Shown here: piece after piece, positions 1-12,430 of the stretch
Numbering within the stretch: the first letter of the stretch is position 1
Layout: the number at the start of each line of letters is the position of its first letter
Origin: Botryllus schlosseri
Taxonomy: Eukaryota
Direction of reading: 5' to 3'
NCBI GenBank assembly: GCA_051294905.1
Contig: CM119372.1
Span: 7,194,001 to 7,258,000, forward strand
Length of the DNA stretch: 64,000 nt
The notes under the pieces: generated by a model
What the model was told of the DNA's origin: nothing
The model's input: the letters and a program-made list of their open reading frames with translations, nothing else
Databases searched by the model: none
Made by a program: the position numbers and the translations under genes

Positions 1-73
1 ACTGTAATGCAGCATTCTATGAATTATTCAATAAACTATTTCATCGTGGTATTACGTAGCCTACTTTGTTACG

Positions 74-334
74 ATCAAAACGCACGATTTTGCATTAAAT
101 ACGACTTTTCGTCCAATTCGATTTTCGGTCAGTTTCAATCAACAATTAGGACACCCAAAATGTAACGGCGTGCCCTCTGCTTCGGATATGTTATACATTG
201 GGATAAGTATTACATCAAGATATTAACGATAACATGAAAAAGTTGGGAAATTGCGTACTTTTTAAATATCAAAATGCACAATTTTGCGTCAAATACGACA
301 TTTTGTCCAATTCGATTTTCGGTCAGTTTCAATC
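74..334 (+). repeat. Two diverged ~67-bp direct repeats (74-140, 268-334)
   Basis: atcaaaa(c/t)gcac...gtccaattcgattttcggtcagtttcaatc occurs twice. Confidence 0.7.
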
Positions 335-516
335 GAATTGAATGTAGAAAAGATTGGTCTTGTTTTTTTTCTTCATGTGGATATCTGGGTACTTCACCTG
401 ATTGAGTGATTCTATCTGAGCAGACCTCATCTGCAGTTGGTGTGCTTGTGGTAAGGTGCCCCTGGAAATATCGTAACAACATAAGTAGTTATATAGATCG
501 CTCGTGAGGTGGGTGG

Positions 517-990
517 GCTCTTATGGGTGCGGTCGCACGGTGCCGAGAAACCGGGGGTGGCACGGTGACCCTTATCTCTTATGGGTGCGGTCGCACGGTG
601 CCATTGTGTCTTATGGCTGCGGTGGCATGGTTACCTTTTCGGGTATAGGCTGCGGCGGCACGGTGTCGTGAAAACTTGTGGTGGCATGGTTACCTTTTCA
701 GGTATAGGCGCGATGACATGGTGACCTTTCGGGTATAGACTGTCGATGATTTGACTAACGTTGCGGGTATAGGCGCGGCGGCATGGTGTTGAATATGTAT
801 CTGGTATAGTAAATAGTGACGTCATTGATTCTTAGTTAATGTGTATATTCCAAATTATTATATATGACCGACTCGAGTTAATCCTAACGTTTACGGCGAG
901 CGCGACTTTAGTATATCGTTATTCTTATGGACGCGGCGATGATTCGTACTTTCGGGTATAGACCGCGGGTGGTATGTCGTACTTTCACCA
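517..990. repeat. Degenerate subterminal tandem repeats (~30-40 bp units)
   Basis: Recurring cttatgggtgcggtcgcacggtg and ttttcgggtataggcgcggcggcatggt units. Confidence 0.8.
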
Positions 991-1047
991 AAAAGGGTGT
1001 GAAATAGTTTGCTAAATCTAGGAATCAGTCGCTTGGTATTAGTTTAC

Positions 1048-1325
1048 CACAGAGCCGGCGTAGACGGTGATTCGAATACCAACAATAGCCGCGTTCACAT
1101 ACTAACACTTCAAAAAGATGTGAAATATTTGTAAAATCCTACGAGTGCTGACAGGATAACACATCAGACACATCTATCCCTCGTGGTTTGGTGTTACAGA
1201 GGTAGGAATCACGCACAAGTAATATTTTAGTAATTAGTTTGTCACAGAGCCGGCGTAGACGGCGATTCCAATACCAACAATAGCCGCGTTCACATACTAA
1301 CACTCCAAATAGGTGTGTAATAGTT
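1048..1325. repeat. ~80-bp duplicated block within a ~195-bp period
   Basis: cacagagccggcgtagacgg..attc.aataccaacaatagccgcgttcacatactaacact occurs at 1048 and 1243. Confidence 0.8.
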
Positions 1326-1623
1326 TGCAAAACCCCGCGATCGCTGACAAAATAATGTCTCGGGCGACATGATAACGTTACAGGTATAGGGATCGCTCAC
1401 ACGGTTTCACATGAAGACGCCGTAGTTTAGTCGTGACAAGTGACCGATAGTGTTCTAACTCAAGTCTTTCCTCGCTGCCGATTGATTCCTACGTAACCTG
1501 AATAGTACGCCGACTTTCAGATCGGATTATTCGCACCTTCCATACCGCTGTTTCGCACCTACAGAATAGTCTGCTGTTCACAGTCGCGACAAGAATCACA
1601 AGTATACACATTTATACATTCAT

Positions 1624-2060
1624 TCATTTCTGTGAAATCAAACTCTTCACAAAAGCACGCACAATCGTATCATTAACTTTTTTACCATCACCAAAATAAT
1701 TCAAGTATTCCTTGGCTGAAAATCCTTGAGTCCTTATTATCAAAAATGTTATGGTGCGGTGTCGGAATCCATTCGCAGGATGTACTAAAGGTAAATTCAG
1801 ATAATCCAGAATGAAATATTTGGACTTTGACATAGTCTGAATTGAAATAGATTGACAATCATGACTACCAACTTTGATCCAGTCACATTTCAAGATTATA
1901 CTTTGAAACAATCCTTGAAACTGACAACTCTATTCACGATTCCGTTTCCGTTTGTAAAATAGAGTTTCAGAAATACTATCACTATGACAATTCAACATTT
2001 TAACATCTTGCCATGCACAAAAGAGTAAAATACAAAAACCTTGGTAAGTCAATCCGTTTG
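1624..2060 (-). pseudogene. Protein-primed DNA polymerase B (Maverick type), exonuclease-domain remnant
   Basis: Near 2040, RFLYFTLLCM resembles ExoI (F.FDFEC). ORF 1624-1911 VGSHD...YFILDYL...HP..NG...KEYLNYF resembles AHN..GYD..FIL.YL...P....G.KI....FIDSLNF. Heavily degenerate; no polymerase domain seen. Confidence 0.55.
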
Positions 2061-4954
2061 TAGTAACTCACCAAACCAAAACAAAAAGTCTCCGTATGAA
2101 AAGTAGACAAGACTACGCGAGTAATCACTACAACCCACAAACATACCAACTCAGTTGTATCCATATCCCATCTTTTTTATTCAACTGCAAGATGAAGTAA
2201 TTGCTACTTGGCGCGCGACTTGAGATTAACATGTGTTTTGAATAAACGACATTTGAAAGTCTGACCAACGTAGTTAAGAATTCATTTCTTACGATCAAAC
2301 GCCGGTGTTACATTGAAAGTTATCATACTGTAAACATAAGGATTGACACAGTGATTTGACATGTGGCGTGTATTTTCTAATGCTCGACCATGACTTGATT
2401 ATTAAATTATTCACGGTAATTAGACTCGGTGTTTTGGTAAAGGTTATTATGACAGCAACAAACTTTTCACTACCATGGTTATTAAAACATCAATTTGTAA
2501 AGCCAGACTTACATGTGCGAAATGTTCTTGATTTGGAAATTATTCCGGATTGGTACAAAACAATCGTTGTATTGCAGACGACAGAAATACTTTAGAAATG
2601 CAATCGTTTACAATAATTAGGACTAAAGATGAAACAACAATGTCGGTATTATTACATTCAACAACCAGTACAATTATTAAAATCCATCGTTTGCGATAAC
2701 CGGTGCTAAATATGTAATAATTCCATTATTCATACATTGAACACCCGATACAAAATGCTTTATTATCGCAATTCGTAACGAGTAATTGAAACGACTACGT
2801 GTGGAGTTAGTATATCACAATATCGTTACTATTGAATCCAACAATTGATACGATTTATTGTCGGAATTTGTGACAGCGAATTGAAACATCCATACCTTAC
2901 AGAGTGTGAAAATATCACTTTTGGTATCGAGTACCAGTAGAAGCGGGTGAACAATACTTAATTCGTGACTCGTCGTTGTACTTGCTGAATGTAAAAAATT
3001 ACAAGGTTACACTCTAAGACCTTGATCAGCACAAGAGCAATTTGGAATATCATTAGGCCTACTGGCTGCAACGTATTCTACTAGACAAAACTCACAGCAA
3101 TAATAAAATCAAAATATGTGCTACACTGAAATCTACAAAATGTGTTTGTATTGTTGTTAGTGATCATACATTATCATTTGAATCTTCTAAAGTAATTGTA
3201 ATCATAAAACCAAACTACTGAAAGTCATTACCACCACAAAAAACGATTTCTATGATATTCACCAAACACATCCTAATTCAGTATGCAGAAATTATTTGTA
3301 GAGTGCATACCGACAAAGAAATCAGGAACACGACCAACACCGAAAATGATAATTGCGTTTCGCGTTACTATTGATACAAGTTCATTTCTATCGGGCGAAA
3401 TAAATGCCATCACAAAACTCGGAGCATGCAAAGGTCTTGAATGATGTGAATTTCGATTTGTGTCTTATGATACCAGCAAGCATTTTAGAAATATTTCCAT
3501 TTGTTAAACCAAAGTCGTACGTCCGATTAATAGTTGATTGGAAACTTGATCACGTACCTCAATCATTAGGTGTACTAGAAATATTTGTAAAACACACTCT
3601 GATAAAGAAATCGACGACAAGATATCCTACACCTAAATCTGGTAAAACCATTTGGCACTTTTTGTTCGTTAGTATAGTATCCATTTGAATTTTTCCATTT
3701 CCTCTCGTCAAAGTAGATGTAATCATAGTCACTAAAGAACTTACTTGGACGTGCTTGAATTCTAGACATAGTTCTGATTTACCCGACACAAGACCCAAGG
3801 ACAACCCTAGTTTCAGCCGAGCACAGATATCCAAAATATCACACACTTCGCTATTCCTAGAGCGCAAACACCTGATACAAAATATTCCTTGTTGTGTTGT
3901 CACGGTATCATCTTCACAATATCACACACAATACGAATGATGGGTATGTGTAACATATTGTCGACTTGAATCACACCAACCTGGAAGATTATTTACTCAC
4001 TTTTTACATAACGGATATTGATCAACATCACGTCATCGGTGTGTATCGGTTTTCTAGATACAAACTATATGCTAGTGTAGCGGAAAATAATTTAGTGTAA
4101 CAAAAACAATTCTCACTCTCTTGACTCATGAAAACAACAGACGAGTCTTCCTTCAATATTTTGTTTGTGTCAACTAGTTGCTTTGTATGATACGACCGAT
4201 ATCCCCGCGACTTTTTCAGATCGCAATATGAAAGATATTTACATCACACAAAATATTCCACTCGATATTCTCATACTATACTGAACCGTGGAATGATTGG
4301 TCAGACTCTACAAAATGCCGAGTCTCACATCAAAACAACTAGAAGGTGGAACTATATTAAAAAACGTCGCTAACCTTTGCGCACCAGCTGTAAATCACAC
4401 AAGCAACAAGTTTCAAGATTCTGGTTATCGAAAAAACGTTAAAGTGTTTCTCCTGCACCAAGTCGTTATGTTGACGAAAGCGTATATTGTAATATTAAGA
4501 TCGATTTGCATTCGTTGGTCGCAAACTGCCACTACGCTAAATAATTATTTTTCACTCAAAAGCATACTTGTCACCATTCGTTTTCATCAAGCACGAGTTC
4601 AAGAAACCTGCTACGTCATGAATAGTTATTTTTATGTTGTGTAAATAGGTAATAATCAATTTTAGTAACACTATATCAACATCATCGAGTTGTGTGAATA
4701 GATTTACATGTGGTCTTGTGGTTTTAATCGAAGTACACAGCACGGTCTAATGTAGAGTCATCTCTATTGTACAGCAACTCGGTAATCGAAATGCATTAAA
4801 ATTTAAACAGCAATCTTGTTTCGTCACACCAAAAATATGTTCACTGTCGCGATACTCTGCACAAGACGTGCAAATCCTTTTCACACTCGTAATAGTATAC
4901 CAACGTCAAGCGATAACGTTTAACAACACCAACGACACTAAACATACGATACCT

Positions 4955-5525
4955 ACCCAAGTAAAATTACCATTTTCACCTGGAGGTCTGCCGTTACCAG
5001 AGTAAAAAATACCATTGTCCTTTGGAGATTTATCGTTTACTCAGAGTAACAATACATTTTCACCTGGGGGTCTATCGTTTCCTAGAGTAACAAACCCCTT
5101 TTCACTTGGAAATCTATTTTTCCCCTGGGTGACAAACCTTTTTCACTTGGAAATATATTTTTTCCCGGGTAACAAACCTTTTTCACTTGGAAATACATTT
5201 TTTCCCTGGGTAACAAACCTTTTTCACTTGGAAATATATTTTATCCCTGAGCAACAAACCATTTTCACTTGGTGGTCCGTCGTTTACCCGAGTAAAAATA
5301 TCATTTTCTTTTGGAGATCCGGCGTTTACCCAGTGTAACATTACATTTTCACTTGGAAAAATACTTTTACCTAGAGTAACTAATCATTTTCTTTTGGAAA
5401 TATATTTTCTCCTGGGTAACGAACCCTTTTCGTCTGGAAAACTATCATTTACCTGAGTACCAATACCGTTTTCACTTGGAAATCTATCTTTCCCTGGGTA
5501 ACAATATCATTTTCGTTTTGAAAAC
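4955..5525. repeat. Minisatellite, ~40-bp unit, ~14 degenerate copies
   Basis: Unit like ccttttcacttggaaatatatttttccctgggtaacaaa repeated head-to-tail with no unique spacers. Confidence 0.9.
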
Positions 5526-5676
5526 TGACAACCACACCAGACAATTTGATATTTTTGTATATTGTTACAACGCGCAGTGACAAAATATACAGTAGGCCTA
5601 TACACCAACAACGACTCCGATACATTTGTCTAATCAAATATTCACTTGCTCTGATGCATCCCATCAAAATCATTGG

Positions 5677-6294
5677 TTAACCACATACAATGTGCTGTTG
5701 TACATCGACATGTATGTTTTGGAAAATTGGACAATAGGCTTCGATATGTCCGTGATGTCCAGGTTCGTGCTTTGGATTTTCCAGAGTCAAAATGTCTGAA
5801 TAAAACACCTCCTCGACTTTGGTAACTGGTTGATACACGGATAATGGTGTTCGGAAAACGGATGAATTTATGTTCCCCATCGCCCTAACAACTCCGGGTT
5901 ACTTGTGAGTTTCCTCACGTTGTAGGCATAAATGAGATGCTGATCGACATTACAATCAATGCATATAAATCCGACACGAGACTGCGGTACCGGTCAAAGG
6001 TTCTATCGTGTGGACATTGGAATTTTCGCCAAGAGGACCGCCTTAAAACCCCCGTCCGTCCAATCTGCAGTTTTGTTCGGACTAGGAAGCGTTTTCCTCT
6101 TAACTTCACCCCGTATCCACACACCCGGGTCGAACGAATGACCAGTCTCCGATTTCCCGCATCCCAATTCCATATACAATGAGAGGTGTCGTATAATTGC
6201 ACAAAATCGGTGATAATTTCTCAGTAATGTGGGACATATAACCATGATTAGCGCGAGGTGATCCCATAAGGTATATAGTGCTAGACGAATTCAA
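5677..6294 (-). pseudogene. Maverick-type integrase C-terminal region (frameshifted)
   Basis: Three successive fragments in the expected order: LSPILCNYTT...GIGMR (cf. L..LV..YN.T.H.SI.M.P), HSFDPGVWIRGEVKRKTLPSPNKTADWTDGGFKAV (cf. F.VGD.VRISK.K..F.KGY...WT.E.F.V), then a chromodomain-like tail at 5677-5880. Confidence 0.55.
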
Positions 6295-6419
6295 CGATTG
6301 TGGGATAAGTTAATTTGATCTGTGCACAAGATGAATCCCATATTAACGAATTCAAGCAAAGGATACCTATGACCTAATTCACATTCGACCATATCTTAGC
6401 GTAATATTTTGGTTGGGAA

Positions 6420-6962
6420 TCATAGGTTAGAGACACGGGTAACGCGTATCGAATGTAATGCGCTCATATATTCATTCCTTTCAGAAAAATTAGCGCCGGC
6501 ACGCTGTGCAATGGTTAACAGTTGTTCATGTATGCCAGAATGAAATATGTAGTATGTAATGCGCTTCATTTTGTTAACAACCAAAGTCATTTGCCTCTGC
6601 GCGTCAATCATATATTGACTCAGAAAAGCTGAGCTATCATTTACTGACGGCGCGACACAATTTTGAACGGGAAGGCGATATGATTCTTGCGGGTCGACAG
6701 TAGTCGGGTCGTCGGCCCTGTGCTCTGGTTGCCCCGGCAGTCCGGAGAAAATGGCGTCGTTATTTTGACCAATTTTATCAATTTGATTAACTGGAGCTTC
6801 GCCTAAATACGTAGGCTCGTTTATGGCACAGCTGATAGGAAAGGCGTGCCTAATTCTTTCATCGGCAATACCGGGTAAAGTACCGGCGTGCTTAACATCT
6901 TTAGCGTGCCCGATTTCAGAGTATAGTACCTTCTCAGCTGGTAGCATATTTTTACTCGCCAT
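6420..6962 (-). CDS. 180-aa ORF resembling a conserved Maverick accessory protein
   Basis: Starts MASKNML. The C-terminus IFHSGIHEQLLTIAQRAGANFSERNEYMSALHSIRVTRVSNL resembles the recalled Maverick motif I.GSNI.DL..D.LR.....P.GW..F..AL...NVP. It lies directly upstream of the integrase remnant on the same strand. Confidence 0.45.
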   Translation of the reverse strand: MASKNMLPAEKVLYSEIGHAKDVKHAGTLPGIADERIRHAFPISCAINEPTYLGEAPVNQIDKIGQNNDAIFSGLPGQPEHRADDPTTVDPQESYRLPVQNCVAPSVNDSSAFLSQYMIDAQRQMTLVVNKMKRITYYIFHSGIHEQLLTIAQRAGANFSERNEYMSALHSIRVTRVSNL

Positions 6963-7272
6963 TTAGACACTTTAGTAAACACTTGTCTATGGCAACATTG
7001 AATATGTAACGACAATATAACAATAACACTTCCAAAATCATTAACACATACACAATTCAATAGGGTCAGCTGTCATGAGTTTTCAACAGAAATTGAGAAT
7101 TAAAAACGTGTACCGTGTTCGTCCGTGTGGGTGTAGAATGTCCTTGTCGTCGATAGCAAACGTCCGTCCTAGTATTGAAGATGTATATCTCACGACTGAC
7201 TCGGCGGCGCCATGCGGGATTTAAGGCTTAATGTCTCTGGTGATCTGTATTAGAAGCGTAGCTAACCTAATA

Positions 7273-7725
7273 CACTACAAAAAAAAATTAGACAAGTTTG
7301 GTCTCAATGTCTCAAATCGATTTTTTAGCAGAAAAAGTCTTAAAGACAAATTAGTCTTACCAAGTACTTTATGTCTCAAAAGTAAGCCAGAAATTGATCG
7401 AAAATGGTAGCAGTGCCTTGGGGGCATCCTTTTCAATGTTAGGGGTCTGAGCGGAGGAGGGGAAGGATGAGAGAGACCAGAAATTGCAGTGTTGAGATGA
7501 TCCTGTACTAAGTTTACAAGGTATTCACTAGATATAGTTATCAAGGTACATGCCACTTACTACTCACGTATACCATTCAGATCAATATATATATGGTTGT
7601 CTGAGTCGAAAATAGCATTTATGGTGAGTGGGTGGTAAAATGAGACCAAATCAACCTCATTTCTTAAATTTGAGACCAAATTTGTCTAATTTTGAGACCA
7701 AATTGTCTAATTTTTTTTTGTAGTG
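7273..7725 (+). mobile_element. Non-autonomous CACTA/EnSpm (CMC) element, 453 bp, copy 1
   Basis: TIR CACTACAAAAAAAAATTAGACAA / TTGTCTAATTTTTTTTTGTAGTG, flanking TA on both sides, subterminal gagaccaaa repeats; appears identical to 11457-11909. Confidence 0.92.
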
Positions 7726-7727
7726 TA

Positions 7728-8300
7728 CGTATATAACCAACGACTGCCGAACGAGCAGACGCGAACGAAACGATGAAGCTCTCGGCGACGGCCGACGCCG
7801 GTCGGGGCACGGCTTTCTGTGCTAGTGTTCGTCGTGACCCGGGCCGTGGCGCCGACCCCGGAAGTGGCCGACCGATCCGAATCGGTTCGCGGGGCGGAAC
7901 GTGTTCGCGCGTTGACCGGCGCGCAAGTTCCGGATCCGCGCGAGACGGCTGCGTAAACGACCGGTTTTCGACGGCGGGGCGGCTCGATCGAGCTGTGCAA
8001 AATTAACACTTCTACTTCCTAAAGCCGCGTTTCGCGGAGCTAGCAAGACCCGCAGCCCCATCTGACCCGCGATCGTCTGAGGGGCAGTTCAGACCTGTTC
8101 AGGCGATGACCGCAGCCCGGTTCTGCCACGTCGCCAACCAGTACTACAACGCGGCAAAAGCCCATTTTGATCGGCCCTCGCTCGCCACGGGGGAGAGCGA
8201 TAGCCTGAGCGTCGAGCGCCGCGCTGGAAATTGGGACTCTAAATTGAAAGAGCGATAAGCTTTTAGAAACGACGGGTCATAAGTAGACGACAATGTGTAT
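7728..8300. other. CpG-dense, GC-rich segment of unknown nature
   Basis: Abrupt compositional shift with abundant CpG; no convincing ORF or recognisable RNA gene. Confidence 0.5.
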
Positions 8301-8865
8301 TGGGCTTCGAGTCGTGTCGAGTGTTCGATTATCAATGAGAACGGCGTGGAAAGTTGAAATGTATACAAATTACACATGTAGAGTGGCCACAGCGAATAAA
8401 ATGTCAGTTTCGCATCGGATTAAATGTAATTGCGACAGGACAGGTATATTTTTCGAGCGTACCCGTTTAATTGCGCATTTTTGATGATAATTCTGGGGTG
8501 ATCCACCGATCAAGGATAATCCCGGAATTATCAGAGATTTATCAAAGAAAAATTGAAATCACTCCACTTCTACGGCTTGGAATTCAAAATGCTTGGAATT
8601 CAAAATTTTCATGCTGTACTAAATCCGCGAATATTGGTTAGAATGAATTCGAATCTGGTGTACGTCGTTTTATCGATTTAATCACGTAACCAGCAAGATT
8701 CAGAAATAAAGGTTATTTTTCAACAGTCCTATTGCGCATCCATTGTCACTGTTGCCGCGGCTCGACCACGACTTCACAGATATCTCATATACAATGACGC
8801 ACCCCGCTTCGTATGCCGCAACGCGTTGGGAAATTACTTCGAAACTATAAATTAACTCTTAGCGA

Positions 8866-9593
8866 CATCATCATTGGTTTATTAGCAATTTTATCAGTTC
8901 AATACACCACAAAAAATGCGATACAATGAATAGACAGGAAGATGTCGAAGCGACTTGGATTTGTCAATGGAATCGGACACCCACCTTGGCCTAGGCGTAG
9001 TAAAGAGGAGGCATGCACACTGAATGAAAGTAAAGAATACAGTATAGAAAAAGAAAGCGACAAGAAATAGGGCGGCATGTCATGGGAAGCGAGATCGATA
9101 GGTCAGTCGTGGTCCGGTAATCTTGAGGATGGACTGTATTTATTTAGTAGTAATTGCTTGTATTTCGACTTGAATGTGGACATGCTCGTCGACTGTCGGA
9201 TGGCCGGCGGGATACTGTTCCACACATCAGGTCCGGCATATTTGATGGAGCGATGATCTTTTCGGTCGATCATATGATATTTGGACGACGTGGACGCGCG
9301 TGTGTTGTACTTGTGCGCTTTTGATTCAGAGGTAAAGAAGTCACTGAGATATTCGGGGCAACGACCGCAGTGAAACTGATACATAAACTTGGCGATTTCT
9401 AGTTTCCGCATATCTTCTATGTTTAGGACGCCGAATCTCTTCAGCAGCGACTTATTGGATGAGCAGCCAGGCCCCTTTGGGGCCCTAGCTATGATTCGGA
9501 GCACTTTATGCTGTAGTTTCTGCAGTGGCTTGAGTGCAGTTTTACTGGCAGCCCCCCAACAGTGGATGCCATAATGTAACTTCGACAGGATCG
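8866..9593 (-). mobile_element. 5'-truncated LINE (L2/CR1/Crack group) 3' end
   Basis: Translates LHYGIHCWGAASKTALKPLQKLQHKVLRII...HKYNTR...SIKYAGPDVWNSIPPAIR...FKSKYKQLLL, the typical post-RT C-terminus. The 3' UTR ends with AATAAA and a short (ATG)n tail. Confidence 0.9.
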
Positions 9594-9813
9594 TCTAATT
9601 TCAGTACGCTAAGAAATCATGTATCACTACACGATTAGAATCTTTAAAATTGTTACTCTGTTCATTTTTGAGTGCCCGTGCCATTGTGTTCGCCCGGCCC
9701 CAAACTACGAGCCCGCTCGCGGACGGCGGGAACCGCGGGATTATGCGAGAGACCTCCAGCGGATGACGCGAGCGTGCGAACTCGAATTGCCGCGTATCGT
9801 CTCCCGCTCTCGA

Positions 9814-9892
9814 GGGCGTCGTGGCCTAATGGGTATAAGCACTGTGCTTGCCTCGCCGCCACGCCGCGCCGGGGCTCGAATCCCTCCCACCA
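9814..9892 (+). pseudogene. tRNA-derived sequence (SINE head or pseudo-tRNA)
   Basis: A-box-like TGGCCTAATGG and B-box-like GGCTCGAATCC, ending CCACCA; the acceptor stem does not pair. Confidence 0.55.
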
Positions 9893-11121
9893 AAGGCGAA
9901 AATGAAGAGCGAAAAAGTATACGGAATGGTTGCGCCCAAAGAATGTAGAAGGGCAAGAAGTGCGAGGTCATTGTTGCGTCATGCCACTGTTACGTTGCGG
10001 CATCCATTTTGGTCTCAAAAGACCACAAAAACAGCCTGAACCTATGTGTGAGGCTGTAGTTTTCGTTCATATTGGCAGTGATATTTATGGGATTACGCCC
10101 GCAACTGGTATATTGGACATAGAAACCAAGGTGAATTTATGTATTTTCGTTGTCTGCTGGTCGTTTTTATTTCAGATCACCCCGGACTACCACAGCAAAA
10201 TGCATTTCTGGGCTGCATCAACGAATTGTAGGCCTACATATGGCGATATATTTAGAATCTCAACCTAAAGGCTTCTTGTGAGAATTGTATCCTGTTGAAG
10301 CAGGAGATGGAGCTAGTAAGATTCAATATGGCCAATAGAAACTTGCCGCATACATACTGTAACAGGATAGACCACCCAATACGATATAAAGTCACCCATC
10401 TTACAATTTGCAGCTACAAGGCCGGTGTCAGGAGAAAGATGAAGAAATTGCGCGTTATTATTATGATTAAAAGTTTATAGAGTGGCCCTTATCACCTGTT
10501 TAGGTCTTGTGTGCCACGGAATACAGTGCAAAGAAATTCAGGGAGAAAGACGAAGAAATTGCGCGCGCGGTTGAAATCGCTGGTAATGCGAAATCATTGT
10601 GAAATTAATTGTAGCATTTTGACGATACAAATACACAATGAAAACCATACAAGATACCCGAATGTGATTAATAGCGGAATTGCACAATTTATGATCGTTT
10701 TGGAACTTGGATGTAAGCTCGGATAACAAGGAACAGATGGAGGAGGATAGGAAGGTTTTTTCAACAAGGATCAGATTCAGGCTTTGAAAAGAGAAGGGCA
10801 GGCCTCTGGATGCAGATGGGCCGGTGATACATTTATGTCAGCACTGAAAATCAGGTTTTCATTTGGAAAGCATGGGTAGTTTTTGAGCTCCAACAGTGCT
10901 TCTATATCGAATGTAAACATTCGATGGTGTAGATATCTGAGTAAATCCTCTGATACCACGAACATTTTTATTAATTTTTTAATATGTTCTCGGCAAAAAA
11001 TCACAAACAAAATATGCGACGGAATCCGACCCGAATACGCAGAAATACAACAAAAACAACCGCCGATACCCCTGTCCGCCCGCGACAAACGCGACTACAC
11101 GCGCCCCAATACGGACCGGGA

Positions 11122-11203
11122 CGGGGCTCGTTCACTTGAGGACCAATTCTACTACATCCTTATGGAGAAAATTGATTTTTGGTCCGAAAGTGAACGAGCC
11201 CCG
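11122..11203. mobile_element. 82-bp hairpin MITE-like unit (also at 35425-35506 and 39659-39740)
   Basis: TIR cggggctcgttcactt..ggacca / tggtccgaaagtgaacgagccccg; the flanks are also homologous, in opposite orientation, to the other copies. Confidence 0.75.
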
Positions 11204-11456
11204 TAGGTTCGTCAATTAGATTAGCGGACCTGGACGCCTCTGCATTACCTTTTTCCTAGAATTCATGATCATTTCCTATAGAGAAAGGTTCAAGCGGGTA
11301 TTTATGTTAAAAACAATTTGTTTTTCTCGTATAATATCAGTTTCAATATGTATATTTCCATCACAGTCCCGTGAATTCAATAAATTCATTTGCGCATATA
11401 GAAACTGGATTTTTGACGGTCCGGAGTTCGTGGACGGGTTTTAGCTTCGAGCTATA

Positions 11457-11909
11457 CACTACAAAAAAAAATTAGACAAGTTTGGTCTCAATGTCTCAAA
11501 TCGATTTTTTAGCAGAAAAAGTCTTAAAGACAAATTAGTCTTACCAAGTACTTTATGTCTCAAAAGTAAGCCAGAAATTGATCGAAAATGGTAGCAGTGC
11601 CTTGGGGGCATCCTTTTCAATGTTAGGGGTCTGAGCGGAGGAGGGGAAGGATGAGAGAGACCAGAAATTGCAGTGTTGAGATGATCCTGTACTAAGTTTA
11701 CAAGGTATTCACTAGATATAGTTATCAAGGTACATGCCACTTACTACTCACGTATACCATTCAGATCAATATATATATGGTTGTCTGAGTCGAAAATAGC
11801 ATTTATGGTGAGTGGGTGGTAAAATGAGACCAAATCAACCTCATTTCTTAAATTTGAGACCAAATTTGTCTAATTTTGAGACCAAATTGTCTAATTTTTT
11901 TTTGTAGTG
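11457..11909 (+). mobile_element. Non-autonomous CACTA/EnSpm element, 453 bp, copy 2
   Basis: Same TIRs, flanking TA and internal sequence as 7273-7725. Confidence 0.92.
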
Positions 11910-12189
11910 TATCTTGGGATTTCGGCTATACTTGAATACTCAACTCGAGAAGCTGTTCCTTTGGTGAAGTTCTTCGTAACAGATATATACTCAATACAAT
12001 GGTTTATTCAGAACGTTGTACAGTAGTTTGCGTATAGAGTCTCATAATCACAGTAAAAGGTAATGTCTAACACGTGTTACCTACACTTATATAGAAGTCT
12101 CGACTCTCGAGTAATCACAACGAGAAATAGTTTCTTATTCGAGACATAGTGAAATATCATGGGCGAGTGATCACAGCGTTATCACTACA
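11903..12189 (-). mobile_element. Possible solo LTR
   Basis: TGTAGTG...CACTACA termini; on the minus strand TATATAAG is followed by AATAAA; one end overlaps the CACTA terminus; TSD not resolvable. Confidence 0.4.
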
Positions 12190-12430
12190 ATACTTATATG
12201 CAGGGCATGGTATGGTATGGAAGTATGGTAAGGTATGGATCGATATTTTGGTATGGAATATGGAATAATGCAAGTATGGTATGGAATGGAAGATTTTAAT
12301 CTATGGTATGAAACGACATTTCCATACGTCCATACTTTGATGTTTTATACATTTTATTGTGATCTGTGATTTGACGTTTAGGAAACTAGTGGGGAATCTC
12401 GGCAGACTGGGGCTGCGGGCCACATTATCA

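Larger units (their letters stand above)
484..7270 (-). mobile_element. Decayed, truncated Maverick/Polinton element
   Basis: Begins AGTAGTTATATAG, the typical Polinton (AGT)n terminus, followed by GC-rich subterminal tandem repeats. Minus-strand remnants resemble the pPolB exonuclease, the integrase C-terminus and a conserved Maverick accessory ORF. It is cut off at the CACTA element at 7273 and no right terminus was found. Confidence 0.68.

Noticed and set aside
4120..4650. Maverick cysteine protease or other viral gene remnant
   Set aside because: No catalytic motif could be recognised with confidence.
4955..5525. Regular ~40-bp repeats resembling a CRISPR array
   Set aside because: Head-to-tail degenerate units with no unique spacers, no cas genes and a eukaryotic context; it is a minisatellite.
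7275..7556. Identical 93-aa ORFs at 7275 and 11459 as a duplicated gene
   Set aside because: They lie wholly within the identical CACTA MITE copies and have no protein-like features.
9814..9892. Functional tRNA gene
   Set aside because: A and B boxes are present, but there is no acceptor-stem pairing or canonical anticodon arm.
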